DNA from: Lacrimispora sp.
Lineage (GTDB): Bacteria; Bacillota; Clostridia; Lachnospirales; Lachnospiraceae
Assembly (NCBI GenBank): GCA_029256305.1
Contig: JAQSYE010000001.1
Location: 3,139-67,138, forward strand
Direction: 5' to 3'
DNA: 64,000 nucleotides
Shown here: piece after piece, positions 1-10,550 of the stretch
Layout of the letters: each line of letters starts with the position of its first letter
Position numbering within the stretch: position 1 is the first letter of the stretch
Made by a program: the position numbers and the translations under genes
Notes under the pieces: model-generated
The model's database searches: none
Told to the model about the DNA's origin: nothing
Seen by the model: the letters and a program-made list of their open reading frames with translations, nothing else

Positions 1-7
1 TACCTCC

Positions 8-637
8 TTAAACCAAGTCAGCCCAGTTAGCCGGATAGGTTGAGTAGAATACTCTTGCCTTGTCCGGAGAACCCCAGATTACCTTTGATCCTGACGGTAC
101 AAAGAGTACATCTCCGGCTTTTGCCGTATAGGTCTTTCCGTCAATAGTCACAGTTAAGGTTCCTTCGATTACATAATCGATTTCCTCATAGGTTAATTCC
201 CACTCAAATTCAGAATGGTCAATTACCAGAAAACCAGCGCTCATTTTTGACTCTTCTTTGCTTACAAGCTCCTGATAATAAGCTTTTACATTAGGATCTC
301 CTGTATCGAATACATCCATCTTTACAGAGCTTCCACGAACAACCTTTAACCCGTTACCATGGCTATCTGACTCATATGGTTTTAAAATGTCAGTTAACAT
401 TCCCTTCTCCATAAGAGTCTTAAGTACCATATAAATTTTCTCGCTGTCAATATCCATTCCTGCAAACGCTCCTTTCGCTTCTGCCTTCTCTTCTGCTTTG
501 TCGCAGAAGGTAATTCCGTAAGCATCTGCTGTATCTTTTGCTGACGGTGTGATAATGCTTCCGCTCTCTACGTAGAATACATTTTTGCCTTCTACATGTA
601 ATCTCTCTACGTCTTTTGCGCATATCAACTGCTTCAT
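8..637 (-). CDS. eutQ: EutQ-like cupin, microcompartment-associated
   Basis: C-terminal EutQ cupin signature (KMSAGFL...WELTYEEIDYVIEGTL...AGDVLFVPSGS); N-terminal IITPSAKD domain; lies in BMC locus. Confidence 0.85.
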   Translation of the reverse strand: MKQLICAKDVERLHVEGKNVFYVESGSIITPSAKDTADAYGITFCDKAEEKAEAKGAFAGMDIDSEKIYMVLKTLMEKGMLTDILKPYESDSHGNGLKVVRGSSVKMDVFDTGDPNVKAYYQELVSKEESKMSAGFLVIDHSEFEWELTYEEIDYVIEGTLTVTIDGKTYTAKAGDVLFVPSGSKVIWGSPDKARVFYSTYPANWADLV

Positions 638-652
638 ATGATCACTTCCCTT

Positions 653-916
653 CTATATAAACTGGCAGTCTTCATCAATAATCCCAATTACTACGGCATC
701 AACGGGAATCTCATCGTTTCCCAGCATGCGTCTGGCTGAAGAGCCGGTGGAAATGATCACGCGGTCACCGATTCCGGCGCTGATGATGTCTGCTACAATC
801 ATCCTCTCACCTTCCCGTGTACCGCCAATGATTTCAGCAAGCATAAACTTATAACCGTTTAAAGAGTCTGCCTTTCTGGTCGCCCAGATGTTATCAATCA
901 ATCTTGCTGCTACCAT
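653..916 (-). CDS. eutN: EutN/CcmL family BMC pentamer (vertex) protein
   Basis: Start reassigned to ATG at 916 (MVAARLIDNIWATRK...AGIGDRVIISTGSSAR...PVDAVVIGIID), 87 aa, typical BMC-P motifs. Confidence 0.9.
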   Translation of the reverse strand: MVAARLIDNIWATRKADSLNGYKFMLAEIIGGTREGERMIVADIISAGIGDRVIISTGSSARRMLGNDEIPVDAVVIGIIDEDCQFI

Positions 917-1215
917 TCCATTCCGCCTCTCTTCTCTCTTAGCCTGATTTCTTCTATCGCTGCCTCTACCGATGCCGTATCTCCAAAAATCGCTAGCATG
1001 ATCATGTTCTGTGGGCAGCTCCCCTTGATATCTTCTACTGTAACACCCACGGCCTTTTCCGCCACATCGGCGGCACATACCATTTCAATAATCCGGCCCT
1101 GAATAAGACCGACGGCATCCACCTTTCCGATGGGAGTGGAAGCTCCTGAGCCTTTTCTGCGGTTTAAGATATCGAGGGTTCCAGGTGACGGCGATTTAAT
1201 AATCCGATATTCCAT
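910..1215 (-). CDS. BMC shell protein (divergent BMC domain)
   Basis: AVGLIQ...AADVAEKAVGV...LAIFGDTASVEAAI is BMC-fold-like; GSCPQ motif; within BMC operon. Confidence 0.8.
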   Translation of the reverse strand: MEYRIIKSPSPGTLDILNRRKGSGASTPIGKVDAVGLIQGRIIEMVCAADVAEKAVGVTVEDIKGSCPQNMIMLAIFGDTASVEAAIEEIRLREKRGGMEW

Positions 1216-1229
1216 ACGTCCACTTCCTT

Positions 1230-2075
1230 TTAATCCATTTCCTCCTGAGTACAGGAAAATGCGATTCCCAGAGGAGTCACAAACATGGGATTGTCCGGTT
1301 TTCTTGTACGGATCCCAGTCTGCTTCTCAATAATTGTTTCCAGACCTGCAAGACAGCAGGTACCGCCTACTAAGTAAATCTCATCTACGTCATAACCTTT
1401 GATGTGGTGGTTAATGATGGAAGCCACCTTTTCAATTACCGGCTTAAGTACCGGAAGCAGCTCTTTGTGGTTTTCTTCCCTGCGCTTATATAACTCTGCC
1501 TCTGAAAAAGGCAAATTATATGCACCAGATACAACCAGTGAAAAATGAGTTCCTCCCGTGGGCTCATCAGCTACATAAACTACTTTCCCATCTTTTAAAA
1601 TAGAAATTCCAGTAGTTCCTCCGCCGATATCCACCACTGCGCCGTTTTGTATCTTTAATACTGCGTTTGCTGCCGTTGGTTCATCAAGAAGAGCCGTGAT
1701 TTCAAAACCAGCTCCCTGAACCACATTCTTGATTGCTCCGCCGTCCAGTGCATCGGTTCCCGGAGGAATGGCTGCAGCTGCATAAAGCAGTTCCGTATCC
1801 AGCTTTTCTTCCAGCTCTGCCTTAAGCTCACGAACAATGCGGATTGCGCCGATGTAATCAACCACCATTCCGTCACGGACCACATCCGCATACCGGTAAG
1901 CACCGGCTACCGGTTTGAAATTCTCATCCAGTACAGCCACTACCACACACGCTGTTCCTAAATCCACTCCCGTATAATAAACGGAGGAATGTTCCCTGAC
2001 AGGATTTTTTACCACTGCTTCAAACTGACTTACCAGCTCGTTGCAACTATCAAATGTTATTTCTTTCTTTGACAT
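1230..2075 (-). CDS. eutJ: EutJ family actin-like/Hsp70-type ATPase
   Basis: GVDLGTA, VVRDGMVVDY, DEPTAANAVL, VVDIGGGTTG, DEPTGGTH motifs. Confidence 0.93.
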   Translation of the reverse strand: MSKKEITFDSCNELVSQFEAVVKNPVREHSSVYYTGVDLGTACVVVAVLDENFKPVAGAYRYADVVRDGMVVDYIGAIRIVRELKAELEEKLDTELLYAAAAIPPGTDALDGGAIKNVVQGAGFEITALLDEPTAANAVLKIQNGAVVDIGGGTTGISILKDGKVVYVADEPTGGTHFSLVVSGAYNLPFSEAELYKRREENHKELLPVLKPVIEKVASIINHHIKGYDVDEIYLVGGTCCLAGLETIIEKQTGIRTRKPDNPMFVTPLGIAFSCTQEEMD

Positions 2076-2674
2076 GTGTTTCCTCCATATAACAGGCAGA
2101 TCATCTGGGATAAGCGGTTAATGACCGGGTTGAAATTCTTTTCTCCTGCTTCCGCCGCAAGTTCTCTAACGCAGCAGCGCAGACGGTGTAACAGAACTAT
2201 TTCTCTTCCTTTTTCAGACTGGGCATGAAAGCCGGTGATCTCAAAACAGTCAGAGTATGGTTCGTTTTGGTTTTCCTTATTAAATCCGGTGCAGGGCTCA
2301 AATAGATTTAATTCGCCCGAAGCACCTTTCCCCACGAAAGATAACTTCCGCTCTAAATCAAATACCTGCTCTGCTAACAGCACGTCCCTGTCTAATAAGG
2401 AAATTCCAGCTTCCAGAAACTGTGCCTTTAAGGTTTCTAATTTTAATAAGAAACGATCCGGTACAGGCTCTGTGATTGGTGTCTCTACAACTACTTCTGC
2501 CGGTTTTGATGTTTTGCGTTTTGCCGTCAGTGGGTCATCACAAAATGATATCTTCTTGTCTAACAGGAACTGACGTGCTCCTGGTGTAAGCTTTGCCTGG
2601 TCCGGAAGATCATAAGAGGCAAAGGGTTCTCTTCTGAATAAAATTCTTAAATCGTCCTCGGTGATGAATTTCAT
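2057..2674 (-). CDS. EutT-like cobalamin adenosyltransferase homolog (short, divergent)
   Basis: N-terminal MKFITEDDLR...LTPGARQFL, LHRLRCCVRE and INRLSQ resemble EutT-family proteins of choline BMC loci. Confidence 0.65.
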   Translation of the reverse strand: MKFITEDDLRILFRREPFASYDLPDQAKLTPGARQFLLDKKISFCDDPLTAKRKTSKPAEVVVETPITEPVPDRFLLKLETLKAQFLEAGISLLDRDVLLAEQVFDLERKLSFVGKGASGELNLFEPCTGFNKENQNEPYSDCFEITGFHAQSEKGREIVLLHRLRCCVRELAAEAGEKNFNPVINRLSQMICLLYGGNTCQRKK

Positions 2675-3810
2675 TAATAGCCCCCCTTACAAAGCTTGCG
2701 GTAAATCGTTTCGATCTCTTCTACCGTTGGCACTCTTGGGTTGGTCAATGTGCAGTTATCATGAAGTGCTTTCTCTGCCATTTCCCGTACAGCCTGTTCA
2801 AATTCGTCTTTTTCCACGTTTAATTCGGTGATCTGCTGCGGTATTTTAATCTTATTCATAAGATTTTTGATATGACGCACCAGGCCGTGTACCGTGGCTT
2901 TCTCTGTTCCAGCTGCTATGCCAAGCATGTTGGCAATTGCAACATATCTGTTGCATCCTGCAAAATCTCCCGCATCTTCTAAACCAGCATTATAGCTGAT
3001 CACATATGGAAGCAACATTGCATTGCTTCTTCCATGAGGAATGTGGAAACGAGCTCCCAGTGCATGTGCCATACTGTGGCAAAGTCCTAAGGACGCGCCG
3101 TTAAAAGCAACTCCTGCCAGACAGGAAGCATTGTGCATGTGAGTTCTTGCCTCCATGTCGCTTCCATCTTCCACAGTACGTGCCAGATAGCTCCATACCA
3201 GTCTGACTGCCTTTTCCGCACAGGCATCGGTAAAATCACCTGCATTGGTTGAAACATAGGCTTCTAACGCATGGGTCAAGACATCCATACCGGTATCTGC
3301 CGTAATATGAGGCGGTACTGACTCTGTAAATCGGGGATCAAGGAATGCGACATCCGGTACCATGCTGTCGGAACGCAGAGGATATTTCGCCTGAGCTTCC
3401 GGATCTGAAATAACGGAAAAATTAGTTACTTCGCTTCCGGTTCCGCTAGTGGTCGGAACTGCAATTAAATTCAGTTTATCATTTCCCATCTGTGTGTAAA
3501 TGTGGCTGGCTGCCTTTGCGGTATCAATGGCAGAACCTCCGCCTAACGCGATTACTGTATCCGGTCCAAAGCATTTCATTCCACCGATAGCCTTTGATAC
3601 CACGGTGATCGTAGGATCAGGCACTACTTCTGAGAAAACTTCAAAACTGCTTCCTTTTTCTATCAGCAGGTCTGTAATTAAATTCACCTTACCGGACTGA
3701 GCCATAAAGGGATCACAGATGATATAAGCTTTTTCTACAGGAAGTTCCTTGATTTTCTCCAAACAAGAAGATCCCATATATACCTTTGTGTTCATTACAA
3801 ATTGCTCCAC
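2674..3810 (-). CDS. Iron-containing alcohol dehydrogenase (CutO/PduQ/EutG-like)
   Basis: GGGSAIDTAK, PTTSGTGSEVT, GMDVLTHALEAY, GLCHSMAH...HIPHG; probable GTG start at 3810 with AGGAGG SD about 10 nt upstream. Confidence 0.9.
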   Translation of the reverse strand: MEQFVMNTKVYMGSSCLEKIKELPVEKAYIICDPFMAQSGKVNLITDLLIEKGSSFEVFSEVVPDPTITVVSKAIGGMKCFGPDTVIALGGGSAIDTAKAASHIYTQMGNDKLNLIAVPTTSGTGSEVTNFSVISDPEAQAKYPLRSDSMVPDVAFLDPRFTESVPPHITADTGMDVLTHALEAYVSTNAGDFTDACAEKAVRLVWSYLARTVEDGSDMEARTHMHNASCLAGVAFNGASLGLCHSMAHALGARFHIPHGRSNAMLLPYVISYNAGLEDAGDFAGCNRYVAIANMLGIAAGTEKATVHGLVRHIKNLMNKIKIPQQITELNVEKDEFEQAVREMAEKALHDNCTLTNPRVPTVEEIETIYRKLCKGGY

Positions 3811-4289
3811 GTTACATTTCCCTCCTTTCCTAGAATTTTGCCCACGCTTTCTGGGCATTGAGGTATAACTTCCATCAACTCATCAATTCCGGTTCGGTCC
3901 GATAAGTTGATGTGAATGCAGGGGGTTGTAATCCCTGCTTTTTTTAACTGACGGATACACCAGCCGTCATTCTCCGGCTTATCTCCGCTTCCTGTAATAA
4001 CTCCGATTACCGGCACCCGGAATACTTTTGCAAATCCCGGAGGATAACTCTCCCGGCATGAGGACTGGTCTACCAGCATCAGTACATGGGAGGCGTCCTG
4101 GGCTGCTGCGATGATATGCTTGTGCATCCAGGGACTTTCTAAATAAACTCCTGGTACATCTAAGGTTTTCTCCCCATATACCATGTTCTGTGTCCGTTTG
4201 ATGGGACCGTCTAAACCATTGATTGCGGCTGCAAGGGCAGTTTTTCCGCTGCCGCCCGGTCCGATGATCATGATTCTCTTTTTTCTCAT
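3795..4289 (-). CDS. eutP: EutP/PduV family Ras-like GTPase
   Basis: P-loop GPGGSGKT, RTQ, DVPGVYLE, PPGFA motifs; follows PduU/EutS homolog. Confidence 0.88.
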   Translation of the reverse strand: MRKKRIMIIGPGGSGKTALAAAINGLDGPIKRTQNMVYGEKTLDVPGVYLESPWMHKHIIAAAQDASHVLMLVDQSSCRESYPPGFAKVFRVPVIGVITGSGDKPENDGWCIRQLKKAGITTPCIHINLSDRTGIDELMEVIPQCPESVGKILGKEGNVTWSNL

Positions 4290-4624
4290 GTTTTGGTTAT
4301 ATCCGGCACGGTAAATCCAAGTACGCGCCGTAAGGTATCACACACTGCCCGAAGGGCTGTCTCCACACTGTCCACATCTCCTGCGATGATGACGGAGCCG
4401 GTGAAGCGGTCCAAAAATCCCACTTCCACACTGGCCGCCTTCGCCGCAATATCTGCTGCAATGATGGAGGTTTCAAAAGGAGACAGGGTTAAAATCCCGA
4501 TGGCCCCAAGCTCATCGATGCCCAGGCACTCATATACTTCCGATATCGGCGAAGCGATTACATGAGCGATGGTAACCTGCTTGCCCGGAACGGATTCTTC
4601 TATGACTCGCTGTATCTCTGACAT
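4286..4624 (-). CDS. eutS: EutS/PduU-type permuted BMC shell protein
   Basis: RVIEESVPGKQVTIAHVIA, AIGILTLSPFE, GFLDRFTGS signatures. Confidence 0.9.
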   Translation of the reverse strand: MSEIQRVIEESVPGKQVTIAHVIASPISEVYECLGIDELGAIGILTLSPFETSIIAADIAAKAASVEVGFLDRFTGSVIIAGDVDSVETALRAVCDTLRRVLGFTVPDITKT

Positions 4625-4639
4625 GGCGCTCTCCCCTTT

Positions 4640-5593
4640 CTAGTGCTTCACCACAGTAACCGGGAACTGATACTCCTTCATCCAGCTTTCGATGCGGTCT
4701 AAATCTTCCGCACTTAAACTTGGATCTCCCTCAATGGGATATTCCATATCCAGCTGGTTGTATTTGTTTACTCCCAACTTGTGATAGGGAAGTAAGTCAA
4801 TCCCCTTAAAATTTTTGTAATCACGGAACGGCATTAAGAACTTTATCACTGCATCAATTTCTTCTCTGCTGTCATTGATTCCTTTTAACATTGGCATACG
4901 GACCTTTACGTTGTACCGGCGATGAAGAAGTTCTTTTAAATTAATTAAGATCTGTTCATTGTTCACGCCAACCAGTTCGTTGTGACGAACCGGATCCATA
5001 TGCTTTACGTCATATAAGAATAAGTCCACATATTCTGCGATCTGTAAAATGGTTTCGGTCTTTGTGTAACCGCAGGTTTCAATGGCGGTGTTAATGCCTT
5101 CCCGTTTGCATGCCATTAAAAGATTTAAGGCAGCCTCGGGCTGAGCCGTTACTTCTCCGCCGCCTAACGTCACACCGCCGCCTGATATATCATAAAATGC
5201 GGCATCTTCCTCTACGATTTTTAACAGCTCGGAAATTGTCTTCACCTCTCCGGCAATGGAAAGCGCTGAATTGGGGCAGACATTCTTGCATTTCATGCAG
5301 CCGATACAATCCTTTTCCCGTCTGATTTCATGTTTTCCGGTCTCTTTGGACATCACATGGATTCCTACGGGGCACACGCTTTCGCATGCCCCGCAGTCTA
5401 CACAGGAATTCTGCTTAAACATCACCTGGAATTTCCGCACCAGTCCTTCCGGATTGGCGCACCATTTACACCGGAGCGGGCAGCCTTTAAAGAATACCAG
5501 GGTTCTGATTCCCGGTCCGTCATACATGTTGTACTTCTGTACGTTAAAGATCAGCGCCTTACGTTCAATATCTCCTGTATTTCCATGGTCCAT
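4640..5593 (-). CDS. cutD: Choline TMA-lyase activating enzyme (radical SAM)
   Basis: DGPGIRTLVFFKGCPLRCKWCANPE (CxxxCxxC), two ferredoxin CxxCxxCxxxC insertions; adjacent to cutC. Confidence 0.95.
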   Translation of the reverse strand: MDHGNTGDIERKALIFNVQKYNMYDGPGIRTLVFFKGCPLRCKWCANPEGLVRKFQVMFKQNSCVDCGACESVCPVGIHVMSKETGKHEIRREKDCIGCMKCKNVCPNSALSIAGEVKTISELLKIVEEDAAFYDISGGGVTLGGGEVTAQPEAALNLLMACKREGINTAIETCGYTKTETILQIAEYVDLFLYDVKHMDPVRHNELVGVNNEQILINLKELLHRRYNVKVRMPMLKGINDSREEIDAVIKFLMPFRDYKNFKGIDLLPYHKLGVNKYNQLDMEYPIEGDPSLSAEDLDRIESWMKEYQFPVTVVKH

Positions 5594-5616
5594 TGTGATT
5601 GTTCTCCGTTTTCTTT

Positions 5617-8163
5617 TTAGAAATGTGTCAACATGGTTCTGCTGATGATCTCATCCTGTACATCCTTGCACAGCTCTACGAAGAATGCACTGTATCCAGC
5701 TACGCGGACGATTAAGTCACGGTAAAGCTCTGGATGCTTCTGAGCCTCGATCAGAGTATTGTTATCTAAGTAGTTAAACTGCATCTCGCCGTTTCCGAAC
5801 ATGCATGCGGTACGAAGAAGAGTGATTAAGCTTTCTTCGCCTTCTGCTGTATCAAGAAGTCCAGCCATGATCTTAAAGTTGTGTACCATACCAATGTTCA
5901 TGCTGTCGTTAGCCATCTTGGATACAGACTTGATGATCGCTGTAGGTCCCTTGAAGTCAGCACCCTGGGTTGGGCTGATACCATCGGATAATGGCAGCCA
6001 TGCATGACGTCCGTTAGCCGTTGCTCCTGTTAACTGACCAAATGGTGTGTTGTTGGAAATAGATAATGTACCGTGGCTTAATACGGAGTATAAGGTCTTA
6101 TACTGTCTGTGCTCATGCTCGGTAAAGTCAACTAAATCAGCAGCAATTAAATCTGCGTAATCATCGTCATTTCCGTATTTAGGTGCATTGAGGCAATCGG
6201 TGCGGATCTGGTCATAGCCCACAAAGTCAGCCTTTAATGCTTCATTTAACTGTGCAAGTGTATATTTCTTCTCATCAAATACCAGCTTTTTAATTGCTGC
6301 CATGGAATCTGCATAGGTTGCAAGACCGGACCATACGACACCAGGTCCAAAGTTATACATTGCTCCGCCTGCAGATACGTCTTTTGCTTTTTCCATACAG
6401 CCTTCATACATGATGGACATCAATGGCTTTGGAGCAAGTTCTCTGTGAATACGCTGGGAAATAACTGTTGCAACAGAAGACCATTTTGTAATGTACTTAA
6501 TCTCTTCTTTTACTGCTGCTTCAAATTCTTCATAAGTCTTAAAGCCGTTTACGTCTCCCATGTCAGGACAAACCTGTTTGCCATACCATAACGGTACACC
6601 TTTGTTTAATGCAAGCTCGATACAGATTGGCCACTGAGTATAAGCAGTGGAGGTCCACTGATACAGACGTCCTGACTTCTGAGGCTCTACACAACCCATC
6701 AGACAGTAATCACGTGCATCTTCAATAGAAACGCCCTTTGCAAGCATCATCTTGATGTGTGCGTCGTCAAAGTGGCAAGCTGGGAATCCCATACCGGAAC
6801 GAACAACATCTACGATCTTCTTTAAGTACTGCTTCGGGGACTTGTTGTGAATACGGCATGCAAGAGATGGCTGATAAATCTTCACAAGACGGACAGCATC
6901 CATCAGAAGGTATGTTAAGTCATTGGTTGCATCATGTCCGCTTCTTGTTACACCGCCTACGCACATATTAACGAATGGCTGGTAGCCTGCGAAGAATTTA
7001 GAACCGCCTTCGTTGGTGATCCACATCATTTCAGACATCTTAATGAGCATACAGCCTGCAAGCTCAAATGCCTGGAAATCATTCATACGGCCTGATTCGA
7101 TATCAGCTTTGTAGTATGGATACATATACTGGTCTACACGTCCGATGGACATACCAGTCTGGTTCTCTTCTACTACAAGCAGGGATTCGATGGTCCATAC
7201 AGACTGAATTGCTTCCCAGAACGTTCTTGGCTTGTGAGCTGGAACGTATGCATTTACTTCAGCGATCTTTAAAAGCTCATCTTTACGCTTTGGATTGGAT
7301 TCCTTGGCAGCAAGTTCTTTTGCATACTCGGAAATTCTCTTAGCGTAGATCATAACGCCTTCTGTTGTATCAATGATAGACTTGTAGAAGTAGATCTTCT
7401 CAATGTCATCTGGATTCTCGTATTTTAATTCTTTTAAATGTTCTCTGGCTTCCTGCTGGATATCAAGCATACCCTTATTCATTAAGATTACATCATAACC
7501 AGGGTTGGAGTCACCGCCGCCGTTTACTGCATGATAGGAACAGTCAGAAACGAAGGATTCACCGGACAATTCCCAAACACCAGCTTCACGGTACTGATCT
7601 TCACAGTACTCATCAACGGATTTGCCTTCCCAGAATGGGAAAAGCTCTTCTCTCATGATCTTCTTATCTTCATCGGAGATATAGAATGGATCCTGAGGGC
7701 GGCTTCCAATGGTATCAATTTCGTCCACCATCCATCTCCATGCGATATCAGGAGAGAAAGCACCTGCACGTGGTGCGCCGTTTGGAGCACCTACGATCAG
7801 CTCGTTGTCCTGAATAACAAGAGGAGCTGTCTCGCAACAGTAACGGAAACATTTTGCACGAAGCATGATCTTGGGCATACCTGGATTTTCTGCAGCAATC
7901 TTTGTGATCGCGCGGGCACGGTATGTTGTGATGGTTGGCTTATGTGTTAAATAATTATCTTTTAAGCCCTGAAGCCTTGATGTAATACCGTCGGGAATGG
8001 TTGTTCCCTCCGCGGTGTATGCTGCTGCACTTGCCTTTGCAGGCTCATTTTTATTGATTTCGTCAGAAACAGTTTCAAACATCTTCATCAGGGAAGCTCT
8101 TTCTTCCGGTGTCATGTTTTTCGTTGCTTCTACAAATTTATTTGAAAATTCACGAATATCCAA
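5617..8163 (-). CDS. cutC: Choline trimethylamine-lyase (glycyl radical enzyme), GRM1/type I without long N-terminal extension
   Basis: GCVEPQ active-site loop, RVAGYSAFF glycyl radical motif, [22 protein letters not shown]; probable TTG start at 8163 (LDIREFSNK) after GAGAGGG SD. Confidence 0.97.
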   Translation of the reverse strand: MDIREFSNKFVEATKNMTPEERASLMKMFETVSDEINKNEPAKASAAAYTAEGTTIPDGITSRLQGLKDNYLTHKPTITTYRARAITKIAAENPGMPKIMLRAKCFRYCCETAPLVIQDNELIVGAPNGAPRAGAFSPDIAWRWMVDEIDTIGSRPQDPFYISDEDKKIMREELFPFWEGKSVDEYCEDQYREAGVWELSGESFVSDCSYHAVNGGGDSNPGYDVILMNKGMLDIQQEAREHLKELKYENPDDIEKIYFYKSIIDTTEGVMIYAKRISEYAKELAAKESNPKRKDELLKIAEVNAYVPAHKPRTFWEAIQSVWTIESLLVVEENQTGMSIGRVDQYMYPYYKADIESGRMNDFQAFELAGCMLIKMSEMMWITNEGGSKFFAGYQPFVNMCVGGVTRSGHDATNDLTYLLMDAVRLVKIYQPSLACRIHNKSPKQYLKKIVDVVRSGMGFPACHFDDAHIKMMLAKGVSIEDARDYCLMGCVEPQKSGRLYQWTSTAYTQWPICIELALNKGVPLWYGKQVCPDMGDVNGFKTYEEFEAAVKEEIKYITKWSSVATVISQRIHRELAPKPLMSIMYEGCMEKAKDVSAGGAMYNFGPGVVWSGLATYADSMAAIKKLVFDEKKYTLAQLNEALKADFVGYDQIRTDCLNAPKYGNDDDYADLIAADLVDFTEHEHRQYKTLYSVLSHGTLSISNNTPFGQLTGATANGRHAWLPLSDGISPTQGADFKGPTAIIKSVSKMANDSMNIGMVHNFKIMAGLLDTAEGEESLITLLRTACMFGNGEMQFNYLDNNTLIEAQKHPELYRDLIVRVAGYSAFFVELCKDVQDEIISRTMLTHF

Positions 8164-8193
8164 TCTGTTTTCCCTCTCTTTCAATTATTTCTC

Positions 8194-9587
8194 TTACAGT
8201 TCCTTTGATAATGCTTCTAAAATCTGCTTTAAAAGTTCTTTTGCGTCCCCATGCTGACCGGCAGTTGCCATAGTCTGCGTATTCGGACACAACTCTTTTT
8301 TCGCATTTTCCAGATATTCATCGGCTTTTCTCACTCCATATCCAATTTTCCGGATATAGATGAAGTTCATAGGGGAAACATTATCCGATGTAATACCAGC
8401 TCCGGCGGTGATACTCCCCAGCGTCATGGCGGGGAATAAATTGGTGGTCATTCCCATGCTGCCTAATGTGGCAGGGGTATTGACAAGCACTCTTCCAACC
8501 GGTTTTTTCAAAGCGAACTGGCGGATTACTTCTTCATCTCTGGAATGAATTACCAGAGTGTGACCATGGCTTTCGTTTACCAGGAGGTTCATACATTTCT
8601 CACAGGCATGCATCCAGTCGTTTTCGATGTAGTACGCAAGTACGGGACAGAGAAGCTCTTTTGCAAAAGGGTTTCTGTCAGAAATATATTTCTGCTGGGA
8701 AACCAGAACGCTTGTGTTCTCCGGTACAGTAAAACCTGCACGACGGGCAAGCTCTGTCGCCGGTCTTCCCATAATTTCCGTATCTGCATTTCCATGTTCC
8801 AGGTTCAGAAGATCAATTAACTGCTTTTCTTCTTCCCCATTCATGAAATACGCACCGTTTTTTAACATTTCTGCTTTTACTTCTGCAGCGATTAAGCTGT
8901 CCACTACCACATACTGTTCTGCCGCAGATACGATTCCATAATCAAAGGTACGGCTTACGATAATATCTTCAACCGCCTGTTTTATATCAGCTGTCCGCTC
9001 TATAAATACGGGACCGTTTCCGGTACCTCCGTAAATATAGGGCTTTCCACTTTGTGCTGCCTCACGGTCTAATTCCGGCACTCCGGTATTCACCACCATG
9101 GCTGCTGCCGGGTGATGCACTCAAGAAGTCTCCCTGTCACCTTCACCGCCCGCTCATGAGGAGCGATGACGATGGGGTTACCGGACTTTACTGCAATCAG
9201 TACGTTATAAATCGCAGTGGAAACCGGGCTTACAGAAGGAGTAAGGGCTACAATGACTCCCACCGGAACACCTACATCCATGGTTTTTAGTAAAGGGTTT
9301 TCATTTAAAACGCCCACACATTTCATGTCCTGCAAGTGCTTCGGAAGAAATTCGCAGACAAAGGTGTTCTTGACCAGCTTATCCTTTGCACGTCCGTAGC
9401 CTGTTTCTTCTGCGGACATAACGGCCAGCTCTTCTGCCAGCTCCTTTGCTGTTTTCGCAAGACCTTCGACGATCATATCAAGCTTTTCCTGGGGGAAGGT
9501 GAGCATGGTCTTACCGGCGTCTCTTGCGCTTTCCATTAAAATCCTTGCCTCCTGTATGGAGAGAAGGTCTTTATCTACAAAATTCAT
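8194..9587 (-). pseudogene. CoA-acylating acetaldehyde dehydrogenase paralog (CutH-like), split by a frameshifting deletion near 9120-9123
   Basis: 5' ORF 9090-9587 (EETGYG, VKSGNPIVIAPH) and 3' ORF 8194-9120 (NTGVP...GGTGNGP, EKLCP-like ELLCPVL) are consecutive halves in different frames; catalytic position reads FDYGIVSAAEQ. Confidence 0.8.
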
Positions 9588-9618
9588 TTCTTTGTTCTCC
9601 CTTCAACCGGGATACGTT

Positions 9619-9924
9619 TTATTCCTGCTCCGGCGCAGCGATTGCATATCTCCTGATGATCTTAATAAGATCCGGATGAGGTCTTGGGATTACAACACAG
9701 CTGTAAATCTCAGCGCCCATATCGCTTACTGCTTTCACTCCTGCATCAACTGCAGTCTTGCAGGCTCCTACATCTCCGCGTACCAGAACGGAAATATATC
9801 CGGAAGCTACGTTCTCATAACCAACAAGTTCAACATCTGCAGCCTTACACATTGCATCAGCTGCTTCTAATGCGAATACCAAACCAAATGTTTCAATTGA
9901 GCCGATGGCTTCATATCTTTCCAT
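9619..9924 (-). CDS. BMC hexamer shell protein
   Basis: AIGSIETFG, EAADAMCKAADV, RGDVGAC, VIPRPH. Confidence 0.92.
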   Translation of the reverse strand: MERYEAIGSIETFGLVFALEAADAMCKAADVELVGYENVASGYISVLVRGDVGACKTAVDAGVKAVSDMGAEIYSCVVIPRPHPDLIKIIRRYAIAAPEQE

Positions 9925-9941
9925 ATACTGTTTTCCTCTCT

Positions 9942-10238
9942 TTACGCGTCAATATCATGTACTGATACAATGTCGCCGACTTCTTTGATGGGTCTTGGCA
10001 TTACATTATGTGCAGTCAATTTACCGATAGCTGCGGCTGCTTCTGCGCCTGCATCGACTGCGGCACGTACAGCTGCCACATCACCCTTTACCATAATGGT
10101 TACCAGGGTAGAGCCTACGTTTTCATAGGAAATCAATTCTACATCTGCTGCTTTGAGCATCTTATCTGCTGCTTCAAGAGCTGGAGTTAATCCAAGAGTT
10201 TCTACCAGCCCTAACGCTTCATCTCCGTAATATCTCAC
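9942..10238 (-). CDS. BMC hexamer shell protein
   Basis: ALGLVETLG, AADKMLKAADV, KGDVAAV, VMPRP; GTG start with AGGAGG SD. Confidence 0.92.
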   Translation of the reverse strand: MRYYGDEALGLVETLGLTPALEAADKMLKAADVELISYENVGSTLVTIMVKGDVAAVRAAVDAGAEAAAAIGKLTAHNVMPRPIKEVGDIVSVHDIDA

Positions 10239-10258
10239 CTTCGTAAACCTCCTGTAAT

Positions 10259-10546
10259 TTATTTGTGATTGCGGTATTTCTTATCTACGTACTTGTCAAC
10301 AGTTGATTTGCCTTCATCGTTAATGCTATAACGCATACGCAGATCACCCTTCTCGTCCAAGTCATAGCTTTGTAAACTAACCAGTCCGTTTGCCTCTAAG
10401 GACATAACGTGGTCCATATAACGATCCTTTGTAAACTGACGCTCTGATCCGTATTCGGACTTCAAAGCCCCCATAATCTGAGCGATGTCAGCACTTTCTA
10501 CTCCGTATAAAAAATTTAAAACCGCTGTTCTTGCAGGTAATAACAT
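10259..10546 (-). CDS. Small hypothetical protein, winged-helix (PadR-like) appearance
   Basis: 95 aa; LEANGLV...RYSINDEGK resembles the wing of PadR-like wHTH; SD present; co-oriented in operon. Confidence 0.6.
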   Translation of the reverse strand: MLLPARTAVLNFLYGVESADIAQIMGALKSEYGSERQFTKDRYMDHVMSLEANGLVSLQSYDLDEKGDLRMRYSINDEGKSTVDKYVDKKYRNHK

Positions 10547-10550
10547 GTTT

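Noticed and set aside
917-1078. N-terminal extension of the 653-1078 ORF (MCRRCGG...)
   Set aside because: Overlaps the 910-1215 BMC gene in another frame; EutN homology begins at ATG 916
3811-3858. ORF-track start of the Fe-ADH at 3858
   Set aside because: Overlaps eutP; a better GTG start with SD is at 3810
9090-9130. Programmed frameshift or selenocysteine readthrough in the cutH-like gene
   Set aside because: No slippery heptamer, the halves are in different frames, and a conserved segment appears to be missing, so a deletion explains it better
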